Shown piece by piece: positions 18,966 to 28,797 of a DNA stretch of 64,000 nt. The position numbers were made by a program, and so were the translations under genes. The stretch comes from an uncultured archaeon. Its GTDB lineage: Archaea > Asgardarchaeota > Thorarchaeia > Thorarchaeales > Thorarchaeaceae. Within the stretch, counting starts at the first letter, position 1, and every line of letters starts with the position of its first letter. The DNA is taken from the NCBI GenBank assembly GCA_964473825.1, contig CAYYQL010000001.1, forward strand, positions 128,001 through 192,000. Direction: 5' to 3'. A model generated the notes under the pieces. It had not been told where the DNA came from. It did not search any database and worked only from the letters and a program-made list of their open reading frames with translations.

Positions 18966-20690
18966 CTATTTGAACGCAACCATACCCCGTTTATGAAGGT
19001 CTCTCAGCACATGAAGCACGACCCCAACATCGATTCCTGTCACTCCAGAGATGGCCTTTATTGTCTTGGCTCCGTCCACAGCCCTCAGGATACGCTCAAG
19101 GTCTGCATAGAGCTTGAGTACCTCAGGATCGGGGGGACTCGACATTTGAGGGATGTCCTCGGAAGTGATGAGTAAGTCAAAGCCTATGGAATCAAGCGCT
19201 TTGAGCAAGTGAATGGCACCCAAGCTCATCTTCGGACCCGCACCTTGCACAATTGTTTCGATAGTCAACGAACCATCAACCGTGTTCCAGACAGCCATCA
19301 GAAAGTCACGTACGAGCTCTGACTTGAACCGGTCCCAATCGGGAGCAGAAAGACGGTATGGAGCCATTCGATTCGAGAGTGTTTCGGGAGGGAGAGTGGC
19401 GAGAAGTTTGAGAGTAAAGGGTGGAGAGGCATAGAGGTCATCTCCTGCGGCAACCTCTTCGGGCTGCTCGTCTGCGTACAAATCTGGCAGAAACGAAAAG
19501 GTCTGTCTGAGCTCGTCCACATCACCCCTGTTGCCTGTTATCAGAGTAAAGATGAGGTCACCCCGTTCTATCATGATGTAGGTGAGATTCCCTGCTTTGA
19601 ACACCTCAGTCTTCATCTGCTGCATGGATTCCACATTGAACATGGACAAGGCCGCTACAATGTTTGGGGCGCGTGACAGAACGGTTGACTTTGATTCGTA
19701 GTAGTATGTATAGACTGCGTCACCCAAGTTCTTGTCAACAACGAAGAAGGCTTGGTGCCCGAGGACTTTCTCCTCACTAAGAACTCGGTCTTGTTCATCC
19801 TTCTCGAATAACTCGGTCCTCCATCGTTTCATTGCAAGCTCGGGATGCATGTCCGTGAGGCCACTCATTGCCAGTGTGGACAGAACCAGATGAGTTGAAT
19901 CGCCAGATGAAGCATCAGATAGCACAAGATCAAGTTCATACTCAAGGTTTCGAGCCAATTCCAAACACTCTTCGTGGCCGGGTACGATGACTATTTCATC
20001 GCTATGTACTTCTCTGACCCTTGATACAACGGAACGAATCTCGTCTGTTTCTGCCTCAGAATTAACGACAATGGTGTATACATTGCAGGACTGCATCTCT
20101 GAGGGCAGACCTTGGGAAGCAGCGGCATCAAGATCAATCTGGCAGAATCTCACACCTAAGGGACCGAACGAAAACGGCGATGTGAAGAAAGAACCGTTCT
20201 TCTTCTTTTGTTCGACGATTCGACTGACCGCGAGTCCAGTTCGGTTCCCCGGAAGAGGTTTCGAGGGACTGATGAAGCATACTCTGACTTCCTTTTGGAG
20301 AATGTCGGATGCCATGGAGGGAAAGCTGTCCTTCTCTTCGAGGGCTGAAGACGACGCTATCAAATCCTGAATTGCGGTTCTGAGCTTCTTGAAACTGGAC
20401 ATCTCTTCAGCATCACACTGCTCTCCCTCGATGACACAGAGCAACGCAGTCCGCTCATCCAGACGGCCAACCAGACACTTGAAGTCTACTGCACTGATTG
20501 TGGTACATTCTGCGTCGGGTTCACGCTCAACAACATCATAGACCCTCTCCATAATCAAGCCAAATCTCGTCTTCACTATACTCTCGTTCTCGAAGCTCAT
20601 CTCTGACAGGATTTTCGAGCCTATGAGGTCTATAAGATACGCAGAACGTATCACTGGATTGATTCTCCTTATTGGGGCAACGACGGCCAT
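18966..20690 (-). CDS. Paralogous longin - degenerate GTPase-like - longin - tandem wHTH protein
   Basis: Same order of segments as the neighbour; P-loop position reads RVCFISPSKPLPGNRT; C-terminal VDGSLTIE and VDGAKTIKAIS...LHKRGMV wHTH repeats. Confidence 0.65.
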   Translation of the reverse strand: MAVVAPIRRINPVIRSAYLIDLIGSKILSEMSFENESIVKTRFGLIMERVYDVVEREPDAECTTISAVDFKCLVGRLDERTALLCVIEGEQCDAEEMSSFKKLRTAIQDLIASSSALEEKDSFPSMASDILQKEVRVCFISPSKPLPGNRTGLAVSRIVEQKKKNGSFFTSPFSFGPLGVRFCQIDLDAAASQGLPSEMQSCNVYTIVVNSEAETDEIRSVVSRVREVHSDEIVIVPGHEECLELARNLEYELDLVLSDASSGDSTHLVLSTLAMSGLTDMHPELAMKRWRTELFEKDEQDRVLSEEKVLGHQAFFVVDKNLGDAVYTYYYESKSTVLSRAPNIVAALSMFNVESMQQMKTEVFKAGNLTYIMIERGDLIFTLITGNRGDVDELRQTFSFLPDLYADEQPEEVAAGDDLYASPPFTLKLLATLPPETLSNRMAPYRLSAPDWDRFKSELVRDFLMAVWNTVDGSLTIETIVQGAGPKMSLGAIHLLKALDSIGFDLLITSEDIPQMSSPPDPEVLKLYADLERILRAVDGAKTIKAISGVTGIDVGVVLHVLRDLHKRGMVAFK

Positions 20691-20729
20691 TGTGAAATAG
20701 TTATGTGCTATAAATCATGTCCAATGCTC

Positions 20730-22040
20730 TTACAAGGTTCTGGGGTCTTGCACTTGCGGGTCTGCTCGTCGCTTGAGAAAGTCACTGACATCTGTGATGC
20801 CTCTCATCGCTTTCTGATATTCATACTCTGGATCAGATATCGAATTCCCAGAGGCTTCATAGACCTCGCCGGTCTCCAAAGGAGGGAGATCAGAAATCGC
20901 CTCTTTGACCGAAACGGGCTTGGGCAGACCAGGCGGGTCATAGACGGGTTCCGATCGGTTAGTGCCAACTTTTACCGCTGAGAACAGGGATATCGGTCTT
21001 GCTGGTGGCTCACCTTCCGTAGAACCTACAATGAAGACGCGCCTTCTCCTCTGAGGTACGCCGAATTGTTCAGCCTTCAGAATGAACCAGTCTACCGCAT
21101 AACCCAGCATCTCAGTCCTCTCAATCAACCCTCTGAGGATTCCGCCCTTTCCAATCCATGAGAGGCCCGTCACATTCTCAATAACAAAGTAGTCTGGTGA
21201 CAAGTCTTCAATTGCTCTAACCATTATGCCGATGAGATTGTTGCGATTGTCTGACACACTCCACTTCCCGGCGGTTGAGAATCCTTGACAAGGTGGACCT
21301 CCCACCAACAAACTGGGCCTCTCCGTTCCCAGAGTCTCATCTATAGTAGACATCAATGCCGCATATTCGCTAGGGACAGACAGATCGGCCTGTATGGTCT
21401 TCACATTGGGATGATTGAATGAGTATGCTTCACACATCGCCTTCTCCACATCAGAGGCAAGAGCAATCTCATGTCCTGCGAGCTGAAGGCCACATGACAG
21501 GCCTCCCGCTCCAGAGAACAGGTCCACAGCTGTTCCCGGAGGGATTGTCATGCCAACAGCTCGTGCAAGCAGAGGTGGTACTGCGTTGCCGACCTGCTTG
21601 TACTGGGAACTTGCTGAGCCCAGAAACCTGTAGTCATCGAAGAAGGACTGGAGCCTAGCTGCCTCTCGAACCGAAATCATGCGGTCTTGCTCAGGGTGGG
21701 CAAAGCTACCATTTCCAGGACGATGGAAGTATGTGCTGACGGTGTAGCTTGGGAGGTCATTTCTCAAACGGCCATAATATGTGGTACGACCACCGGACCT
21801 TCGGATTTGCATGATTCTCTTGGACTTCTTGGCAATAGTGAGGGGGATGTCGTCCCAGTTGCCGCCAGGCGGCACCGACTTGATGATTTCTATGTCGAGT
21901 TCACTGAGAGAAGGAGCCACATGATTATAGAGAACAGCTCTAGTCTCATCCGTGGTTTCAAGTCCCAAGTCGATGGTCATCAGGTACACCAAGTCCAGAG
22001 TGGAATTCTCTGTCACACTGAAAAATGTACTGCGTGACAT
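20730..22040 (-). CDS. Circularly permuted DNA (cytosine-5)-methyltransferase, Alw26I/Eco31I/Esp3I-like
   Basis: TRD, motif IX (REAARLQSF) and X (KQVGNAVPP) precede motif I (DLFSGAGG), IV (GGPPCQGFS), VI (ENV) and VIII (GVPQRRRR). Confidence 0.9.
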   Translation of the reverse strand: MSRSTFFSVTENSTLDLVYLMTIDLGLETTDETRAVLYNHVAPSLSELDIEIIKSVPPGGNWDDIPLTIAKKSKRIMQIRRSGGRTTYYGRLRNDLPSYTVSTYFHRPGNGSFAHPEQDRMISVREAARLQSFFDDYRFLGSASSQYKQVGNAVPPLLARAVGMTIPPGTAVDLFSGAGGLSCGLQLAGHEIALASDVEKAMCEAYSFNHPNVKTIQADLSVPSEYAALMSTIDETLGTERPSLLVGGPPCQGFSTAGKWSVSDNRNNLIGIMVRAIEDLSPDYFVIENVTGLSWIGKGGILRGLIERTEMLGYAVDWFILKAEQFGVPQRRRRVFIVGSTEGEPPARPISLFSAVKVGTNRSEPVYDPPGLPKPVSVKEAISDLPPLETGEVYEASGNSISDPEYEYQKAMRGITDVSDFLKRRADPQVQDPRTL

Positions 22041-24217
22041 TACATGGCTTCATCCATTCTTACCACGATATCTTCAACTTCCTTCTCCTCTGCGGCAAGG
22101 TGAGATAGAACGATCCGGGCCTGTTCAGAAGATATCTTATAGAGTTGAAAGACATGGCCTTCCAATCTATAACTACAAGCCGTGTTTCCATTCAACATGG
22201 CTCCGACATCTTTCACAATCGCATCATAGAGATTCTCCTCTTTTGCTGTTAGATCAAAAGGAGGTGGAATCGGTAGGTGCCCCAATTCCCTATTGGAAAC
22301 ATGATTGTTGGTATTCGTAATGGCAAACCGCCAGTTCAGGAGTGAAGAGTTCAGAAGGCCCAAAAGGTAGAGAAGGAGAAACCCACGCTCCTGGGACGTA
22401 AGAGTCAGATAGTTGCAGGAGTTTGCCAACACTACATGAGGTTCTACGAGCGCGAATTTCAATCTCCAGCGTTGTTTGCGATTCGAGACCTGCTGACAAG
22501 CGATGCGTTCGCGCTCTGAATGAGCAATCCGCTCTGAGGTGCTATGCTTCTCTCTGAAAGCATCATAATCCACAAAGTCCTCTATCTCAATACTCGAGGT
22601 ATGAGCGAATCTTCTGATGTGTGACCCTCTGAGCAGCGGAGGCTTATCAGGATCTGCACTTATCAGATTCTTGTCCAGAGTGAGGTCAAGCTCCCCCCTA
22701 CATATTCGTACCCAGTCATGCCTGTTCAAGCTTGCTTGCTTGTGCATAATGTCAAGTATCTGCCAATCCTGTGAGTTCAATCGTGGAATGATATACTCAC
22801 TTCCTGAAAGGTTTTCTATCCTTTGAACAGAGATATTCTCAAGACGTGGCTTCGAACGGGAATGCAGATGCTGAAGACCGAAAGCAGCAGGGATGATACC
22901 GCTGGGTCTTCCCTTCTTCACACTCATAATACATAGAGCCTGTGTCACATTGGGGAAAAGCGAAGAGCCTTCTTGGTATTCTTCAAGGCGATAGATGGAG
23001 TGCTTGGTGAGAATCTCTTCTCTCAAAGCTGCAGCAGAGAGGTCTCCGAGAACCGATGCAGGAACGATGAAACCCAGTCGAGCATCACTTCTTGAGATAC
23101 GAAGTGCTCGCTCAATGAACAGCCTGTGAGTGTCTAATGTGTACTTGTTTGCAAGGGTGTACTCACCAGAGTTCCTGAAGTACCCGACTCTTTCCTTCAA
23201 CTCAGTCTTGTATGCCTCAAACCCTTCCATATCGACTTCGCGTTCGCCCTGAGAAAGACGCTCTCTGATGTACTCAGCACGGCTTGGATGGAGTCTGTCA
23301 TATGGAGGATTCATCACCACGAAGCGGAATCCGCCTTGGTCTAGAATCTCGCACTCGAAACGTTCGTTCCAATTAAGCTCATTTATCGATGGGGCAGATA
23401 GATACTCCTTTGGAGCACATGACTGCCCCCTAAGAGAGCCAATCAAAGAATCACCTTGAATTATGTGTCCACTAGGTATCCGCTTCTCCAGTCCAAGCTC
23501 TGTCAACCTGTGGTTCAGTACTCTATGCGCAACCTCCACACTAGCCCCATCAAGGTCAACTCCATAGAAACCGTCAAGAAACCAGGACAGATACTGTCCG
23601 TAGTCAGTCTTGTCACATGACCGCTTAAGCCGGCTGGACATATAGTCAACTGCGGAAAGAAGGAACGCCCCTGGGCCGCAGGCCGGGTCGATTAATGTGA
23701 ACTCATCAGCAGCGCGCTCCCAAGCAGAAGAGCTCTCCTGGAGGATTCTCTCTTCCAGCCAAGGTCCAAGAGTGATTCCAACGATATGTTGAGCTACAGG
23801 CATAGGTGTGAAGTAGCTTCCAAGAATGCGCCGTCGTTTCTGAACCGTAGAAGCGCTGACGGGTCTAAAGGCCCCTATTGAATGAACTTTAAGCATAAGG
23901 CTGGTAGGACTATAGCATGGAGAATGCCCAAGTTCTTCCATCAAGCTGCTACCGCAGAACTCCTCCAGCAGTTGCCGGACATCGTCGATAATACGCGGCT
24001 GATCGAGTCCTGATCTCTCTCCAAGGAATGTAAGCCTTCGAAAGAACAACTCATCATCCGCATTGTTGTTGCGGCGATAAAGCCAGTTGAGTGCAGCCAG
24101 ACGTGTGCATTCCATGACATGGCGCTGGGAGTGCTCAGAAGCGATTCCGAGACGGTCTGCGATCTGCCTTGTCTCGTCTACTATTCTCAGAGCAACATTG
24201 CCATCAAGGGCACTCAT
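22040..24217 (-). CDS. DNA N6-adenine methyltransferase (gamma class), Alw26I/Eco31I/Esp3I-like
   Basis: GSYFTP, DPACGPGAFL, NPPY, C-terminal CQQVSN...NSCNY...NNHVSNREL; stop overlaps the C5-MTase start (TAATG). Confidence 0.88.
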   Translation of the reverse strand: MSALDGNVALRIVDETRQIADRLGIASEHSQRHVMECTRLAALNWLYRRNNNADDELFFRRLTFLGERSGLDQPRIIDDVRQLLEEFCGSSLMEELGHSPCYSPTSLMLKVHSIGAFRPVSASTVQKRRRILGSYFTPMPVAQHIVGITLGPWLEERILQESSSAWERAADEFTLIDPACGPGAFLLSAVDYMSSRLKRSCDKTDYGQYLSWFLDGFYGVDLDGASVEVAHRVLNHRLTELGLEKRIPSGHIIQGDSLIGSLRGQSCAPKEYLSAPSINELNWNERFECEILDQGGFRFVVMNPPYDRLHPSRAEYIRERLSQGEREVDMEGFEAYKTELKERVGYFRNSGEYTLANKYTLDTHRLFIERALRISRSDARLGFIVPASVLGDLSAAALREEILTKHSIYRLEEYQEGSSLFPNVTQALCIMSVKKGRPSGIIPAAFGLQHLHSRSKPRLENISVQRIENLSGSEYIIPRLNSQDWQILDIMHKQASLNRHDWVRICRGELDLTLDKNLISADPDKPPLLRGSHIRRFAHTSSIEIEDFVDYDAFREKHSTSERIAHSERERIACQQVSNRKQRWRLKFALVEPHVVLANSCNYLTLTSQERGFLLLYLLGLLNSSLLNWRFAITNTNNHVSNRELGHLPIPPPFDLTAKEENLYDAIVKDVGAMLNGNTACSYRLEGHVFQLYKISSEQARIVLSHLAAEEKEVEDIVVRMDEAM

Positions 24218-24271
24218 GGATATTCGAGCGATTCATTCACAGGGGATAGAGATAGGTCTTGTGCAGTTGAC

Positions 24272-25540
24272 TCATAGAACTCCAATGGGCATGATGTATA
24301 CACAGGTGAACCCTTCAGGAGCTTGAACTACTTGGGCAACCTGATCCTTATAGAGCCCGCCTACTGCAACAGTACCCAGACCTAGGGACGCGCACTTGAG
24401 ATAGACAATCTGGCTCAGCATTCCGATATCGTAAAGCATCACCCTCCACTGAGAATCCGCATCATGGAATTGCCGCGTCCATCCGAAATCTGCAGAGATG
24501 ACCAGATTGACCTGTGCCTCGCGAATCCAGGGCTGGCTGAGACCTGCTTCGAAGATGCTTTCAACCAGATTCTCATCACTCAGCATTACAAGGGACCCAT
24601 TTGTCCAAGAGAATTCGTAGAGTCCTGCATGAAGCAGCGTAACATCTCGCGATACCAGATGTAAGTTGTAGTGTGATGCATCGCCTCCAATCAGAGGGGC
24701 CAAGGTGCAATTGCTGAGGATTTCAAGAAGATTCTCATTAGGAAGACTGGCGTTCAGGTAGTCTCTCACAGAACGGCGACTACTGATTGCCTGCTCGACG
24801 CTCATTTCAGTACCATCTAACGGAACGTTTCTCAATGGTCCAAGAGTCGCAGGTCTTCCAACAGGCAAGACGAGCATGGGATGATAAGCTGTATTCAGGA
24901 ACCTTTGAAGCATTCCCTCATCCAAAGTCAGTATCGGCCTGGTTCGCAAATCAAGGGCTGCCATCTGGAGAAAAGCATTCTGTAGTACATGCCCGACCTC
25001 CAGATGAACATACTGAATCCCTCTTGCACCGTACCTCTCCGTTGTTCGTGCATATTCAGCGAGGACTACCAACACAGCGGCCGCTTCCTCCAGAACCCCC
25101 CTATCATCAACAACAAAGCAATCTGCAAGAGCTAGGCTTTCGTTGATAGAAACTTCGGTCAAAGAATGACCATTGGGATTGTAGCGATAGAAACCGGTTT
25201 CTAGGTCTGACACGCGCTTCACAGCTACAAAAACCTCAAGCGGATATGTTCCCCCTGCAGAAGGAGCGACTCTAAACCCAGCAGCACTTGTTATCCCCTG
25301 CATCGACCACAGAAGTTGGGAAACATCGGTCAGGTCCAGAGCCTGAGATTGAAAAGAATCATCAATGACATCAATACCCAAGGCATCAGAGAGAGGGAGG
25401 TAACCCACCATGTCGGGTGCAGGCAATGGCGTAGTAGAAGGATCCTTTGTTAAATGCCAGATGAGAATCGGAGTAGAAAAGACAGCTATTGCTACGAGTA
25501 TGAGAATGCCGAAACGACCAACTTGTCGGGAGGTTTTCAT
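24272..25540 (-). CDS. SagB/ThcOx-type nitroreductase-fold oxidoreductase, two domains, N-terminal TM
   Basis: RVAPSAGGTYPLE, RYGARG, EVGHVLQN in domain 1; RRSVRDY and LGTVAVGG in domain 2; GAGGTG upstream of ATG 25540. Confidence 0.82.
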   Translation of the reverse strand: MKTSRQVGRFGILILVAIAVFSTPILIWHLTKDPSTTPLPAPDMVGYLPLSDALGIDVIDDSFQSQALDLTDVSQLLWSMQGITSAAGFRVAPSAGGTYPLEVFVAVKRVSDLETGFYRYNPNGHSLTEVSINESLALADCFVVDDRGVLEEAAAVLVVLAEYARTTERYGARGIQYVHLEVGHVLQNAFLQMAALDLRTRPILTLDEGMLQRFLNTAYHPMLVLPVGRPATLGPLRNVPLDGTEMSVEQAISSRRSVRDYLNASLPNENLLEILSNCTLAPLIGGDASHYNLHLVSRDVTLLHAGLYEFSWTNGSLVMLSDENLVESIFEAGLSQPWIREAQVNLVISADFGWTRQFHDADSQWRVMLYDIGMLSQIVYLKCASLGLGTVAVGGLYKDQVAQVVQAPEGFTCVYIMPIGVL

Positions 25541-25705
25541 CAATGACACCTCTCCATACGCATATCTCCACATCTATATCCAGTACCACTTAGATAAGAC
25601 CTCCGAATCAGTTACCATAGCATATCATGTGATTGCCTGTCGGCTCTGTCCATCTAGTCGGCGCGAGTCGGTGAGCACTCTCTTGACAATAGGCCAAAGA
25701 AGAAG

Positions 25706-25780
25706 TGGAGCCGGCTCTGGGATTTGCACCCAGGTGGTACAGATCTGCAGTCTGTTGCGTAGCTGCTCCGCCAAACCGGC
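25706..25780 (-). tRNA. tRNA-Cys (GCA), intronless, CCA encoded
   Basis: Reverse complement GCCGGTTTGGCGGAGCAGCTACGCAACAGACTGCAGATCTGTACCACCTGGGTGCAAATCCCAGAGCCGGCTCCA: acceptor stem GCCGGTT/AGCCGGC, anticodon arm ACAGA-CTGCAGA-TCTGT, U73 discriminator; TATA-like sequence ~30 nt upstream. Confidence 0.93.
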
Positions 25781-25896
25781 TTTCTTGTCAGAATCACCGT
25801 CAGACTCCTTAAAATAATATCGGCAATTCTTGCTCCAATAGAGCTAGGACCTCATGCAATGGTTAGTTTTATGTCAAGGAACCTGTCATCTATGAA

Positions 25897-26196
25897 GTGT
25901 GTATGACAATGAGGATCAAGTCAGTTCTTCGTGACAAGGATATCCTGAACATGGAAGAGGGGTCAGAAGAGAGAATCACGGCTACGGTCAGTAAAAACTT
26001 CGATAGGGCTGTTAACATCAATAGCCTGCTGAGAGTGATGGGGATGGATGCAGAACAGAGAATTGATCTTCTTAGGGCACTCGGAAAGAAGCCGTATCAC
26101 ATTTGGCTTGCGAATCAAGGCAATCAGCATGTTATCTATATCTCCGAAGCAGAGAAACCTCAAGATGAGGAGATTGTTGGCTATATGTGGCAATAG
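25897..26196 (+). CDS. Hypothetical protein (~95 aa)
   Basis: Protein-like ORF filling the gap between the tRNA and the TPR gene; start uncertain. Confidence 0.65.
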   Translation: MCMTMRIKSVLRDKDILNMEEGSEERITATVSKNFDRAVNINSLLRVMGMDAEQRIDLLRALGKKPYHIWLANQGNQHVIYISEAEKPQDEEIVGYMWQ

Positions 26197-26213
26197 ACCA
26201 ATGCGAGTTACTC

Positions 26214-26969
26214 TCACTCAGAAACTGACCTCTGCGATATCAGTTCATTCGCCGCAGCAAGGACACCGGGAGATAGCACATCTCTGTTGGACTCAATATG
26301 ATCCTGCAAAGAGCATACTTCAGCTATTACCCGGTCGATTTCATCATCGAGAATCTCACGTCTATCCTCAATCTCAAGCGTCTGTTGTTCAACCTGTTCC
26401 AGCATCCGTCGGTAAACCGAATACTGCTCAAGAAGATTTGAAAGAATTCTGAGAAGATTCTCGGGTCTCTCAAGATCGCTATCGAGGAAGGAGTCCATGT
26501 CGTCTTCAATCTTGAGCAGGACCACTCGAAGAGCGTAATATGCCTCATAGTCTCGCGGGTATGCCTCTGCATGTTCCCTAGCAAGGCTGAGAGCCTCAGG
26601 TGCTCTCCCTTCAGACACCAGCAACCGGACTAGGTCTTCAAAGACATGATGGCTCCTTGGTTCTAGCTCGATTATGTCACGATAGATGGCCTCGGCCTCA
26701 TCGCTTCGAAGACAACTATCAAGTAGATGTCCAAGAGCTCCTGCGGCTCTCTCATGTGTAGGATTGCCGTGAAGAACACTGCGTAGAACTCTTTCAGCCC
26801 TCTCATCCCGAGCCATTGACGCAAGAGTGATGCCAAGGTCAACCTTCAGCTCTTCGTTATCAGGATACGCCTCTAGACCTTCGCGGAGAATACTCTCAGC
26901 CTCTTCGTATCGCTCATCGCGGCGTAGTTCACGAGATCGTTCTATGAGCTTTTCTGCGTCTTCGTCCAT
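26214..26969 (-). CDS. Tetratricopeptide repeat protein
   Basis: Repeated YEEAE..L...L..YP, A..LG.LL and AL.L....YP helical pairs. Confidence 0.8.
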   Translation of the reverse strand: MDEDAEKLIERSRELRRDERYEEAESILREGLEAYPDNEELKVDLGITLASMARDERAERVLRSVLHGNPTHERAAGALGHLLDSCLRSDEAEAIYRDIIELEPRSHHVFEDLVRLLVSEGRAPEALSLAREHAEAYPRDYEAYYALRVVLLKIEDDMDSFLDSDLERPENLLRILSNLLEQYSVYRRMLEQVEQQTLEIEDRREILDDEIDRVIAEVCSLQDHIESNRDVLSPGVLAAANELISQRSVSE

Positions 26970-27255
26970 TCTAAGGTCTCCGCAGTCATCCTTCAGTACC
27001 GAACCACTGTGCTGGAATGATATAAAAGTCGCGACCCTCGGCAACCCATCGAAGAACAGCTAACATGTGAACCTGTCATCGATGCATCTAACAGGGCCAG
27101 TCAGAGTGTTGACTCGTCCTACAGTACTTTGCAGCTCAGTTAGTTGAAGTTGTGGATTATCATTGTATTCTGTCCAATAGTGTTCTCAAGAGAAGTATGG
27201 GCAAATGTTGCAGAGGCCTTTTTATGTCAACAAAGCTTTCCTCAAGTCGGTAGAT

Positions 27256-28692
27256 ATGATGATCGAACTCTACAACACCCGTACACGCAAGAAAGAAGAA
27301 CTCCGGCCGCTCAACGACAGGAAAGTTGGCATGTATGTTTGCGGTCCAACAGTGTACGATTACCCACATATTGGGAATGCTCGATCATTTGTTGTCTTTG
27401 ACATGATCCGACGCTATCTCGAGTATCGCGGATTCAATGTCTACTACGTCACGAATTTCACGGATATTGACGATAAGATGATCAAACGAGCAAACGAAGA
27501 AGGCATAGAGGTCTCCGAGCTCGCAGAGAAGTTCATTGCTGAGTACAGACAGATTGCCAATGAGCTTAATCTAAAACCGGCAAACATCAATCCCAGAGCA
27601 ACGGAACACATTCCTCAGATGATAGAAATGATCGAGAAAATCCTTGAACACGGCAAGGCTTACGTCGTGGAAAGTGATGTTTACTTCGATGTCAGCGAGT
27701 TTGAACGATATGGCGAGTTGTCCGGCGTTGACCCAGAAGAGCTATCGGCGGGCGCAAGAGTTGGAATTGATGATAAGAAGCAAGATCCTCGCGACTTCGC
27801 CCTGTGGAAAGCTGAGAAACCCGGTGAGCCTTCTTGGGATAGTCCGTGGGGGAAGGGTCGACCCGGCTGGCACATGGAGTGCTCCGTTATGGGGAAGCAC
27901 TATCTCGGAGTCCCATTCGACATCCACGGGGGCGGTCAAGATCTGATATTTCCACACCATGAAAACGAGATTGCCCAGACGTCAGCTGCATACGATGTGG
28001 ATGTGCCCGTCAGGTACTGGCTGCATAATGGATTTCTCACCATAAATACTGAGAAGATGTCCAAGTCCGAAGGCAACTTCTTCACCGCACGAGAGGTTCT
28101 GGATAATTTTGACAATCAAGCAGTGAGGTTGTTCCTCATGTCCGGTCACTATCGGCAACCGCTTGATTACAACACCCAAGCACTTCAACAAGCAGAACAG
28201 TCAATGGAACGACTCCGCAATGCAGCAGACACTATCCGCGGCAGAATCTCCATACTTGAACGGAAAGGTCTTGGTCATACTGATTCAGACGATATCTTGA
28301 GGACCGCAAACGAGGTTGTAAGACACAGCTTTGAAAGTGAGATGGATGACGATTTCAACTCACCCGGAGCGTTTGCAGCACTCTATTCTTTCGTTCGCGA
28401 AATCAATACTCATTCCTCAGAAGCCGAGAATCCAGCGGTGCTTCGAGAATCACTCGCTACACTATCAGAACTTCTTGCAGCTCTCGGACTCGACATAGAG
28501 AGATCAACGGATACCCGAACCGACGCGTCACAGAAGATGCTTAAAGAAACTGTTGAGCTACTCCTTGAACTCAGAGAGAGAGCACGAGAGGAGAAAGACT
28601 ACGAAACTGCTGACATGATCAGAGAGAGATTGGGCGACGCGGGAATATCTATCTCTGACACCAAGGATGGTCCCACCTGGAAAATCGAGTAG
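27256..28692 (+). CDS. cysS: Cysteine--tRNA ligase
   Basis: YVCGPTVYD, HIGN, DFALWK, GRPGWHMECS, DIHGGGQDLIFPHHENE, KMSKS. Confidence 0.97.
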   Translation: MMIELYNTRTRKKEELRPLNDRKVGMYVCGPTVYDYPHIGNARSFVVFDMIRRYLEYRGFNVYYVTNFTDIDDKMIKRANEEGIEVSELAEKFIAEYRQIANELNLKPANINPRATEHIPQMIEMIEKILEHGKAYVVESDVYFDVSEFERYGELSGVDPEELSAGARVGIDDKKQDPRDFALWKAEKPGEPSWDSPWGKGRPGWHMECSVMGKHYLGVPFDIHGGGQDLIFPHHENEIAQTSAAYDVDVPVRYWLHNGFLTINTEKMSKSEGNFFTAREVLDNFDNQAVRLFLMSGHYRQPLDYNTQALQQAEQSMERLRNAADTIRGRISILERKGLGHTDSDDILRTANEVVRHSFESEMDDDFNSPGAFAALYSFVREINTHSSEAENPAVLRESLATLSELLAALGLDIERSTDTRTDASQKMLKETVELLLELRERAREEKDYETADMIRERLGDAGISISDTKDGPTWKIE

Positions 28693-28797
28693 ACAGCCCG
28701 AAACAGATTGCGTCTTCTTAGTACAACGGCCTCTTGGTCGATATTGACAGTTGACTCGGTCGTAGTACTTTTCGGGGCAAACTCAATCGAAGCCTGT

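Noticed and set aside
24272-25540. RiPP (TOMM) biosynthetic cluster
   Set aside because: No YcaO, E1-like protein or precursor peptide adjacent
20730-25780. Integrated element at the tRNA-Cys 3' end carrying the MTases
   Set aside because: No integrase and no duplicated tRNA 3' end (att site) seen by eye
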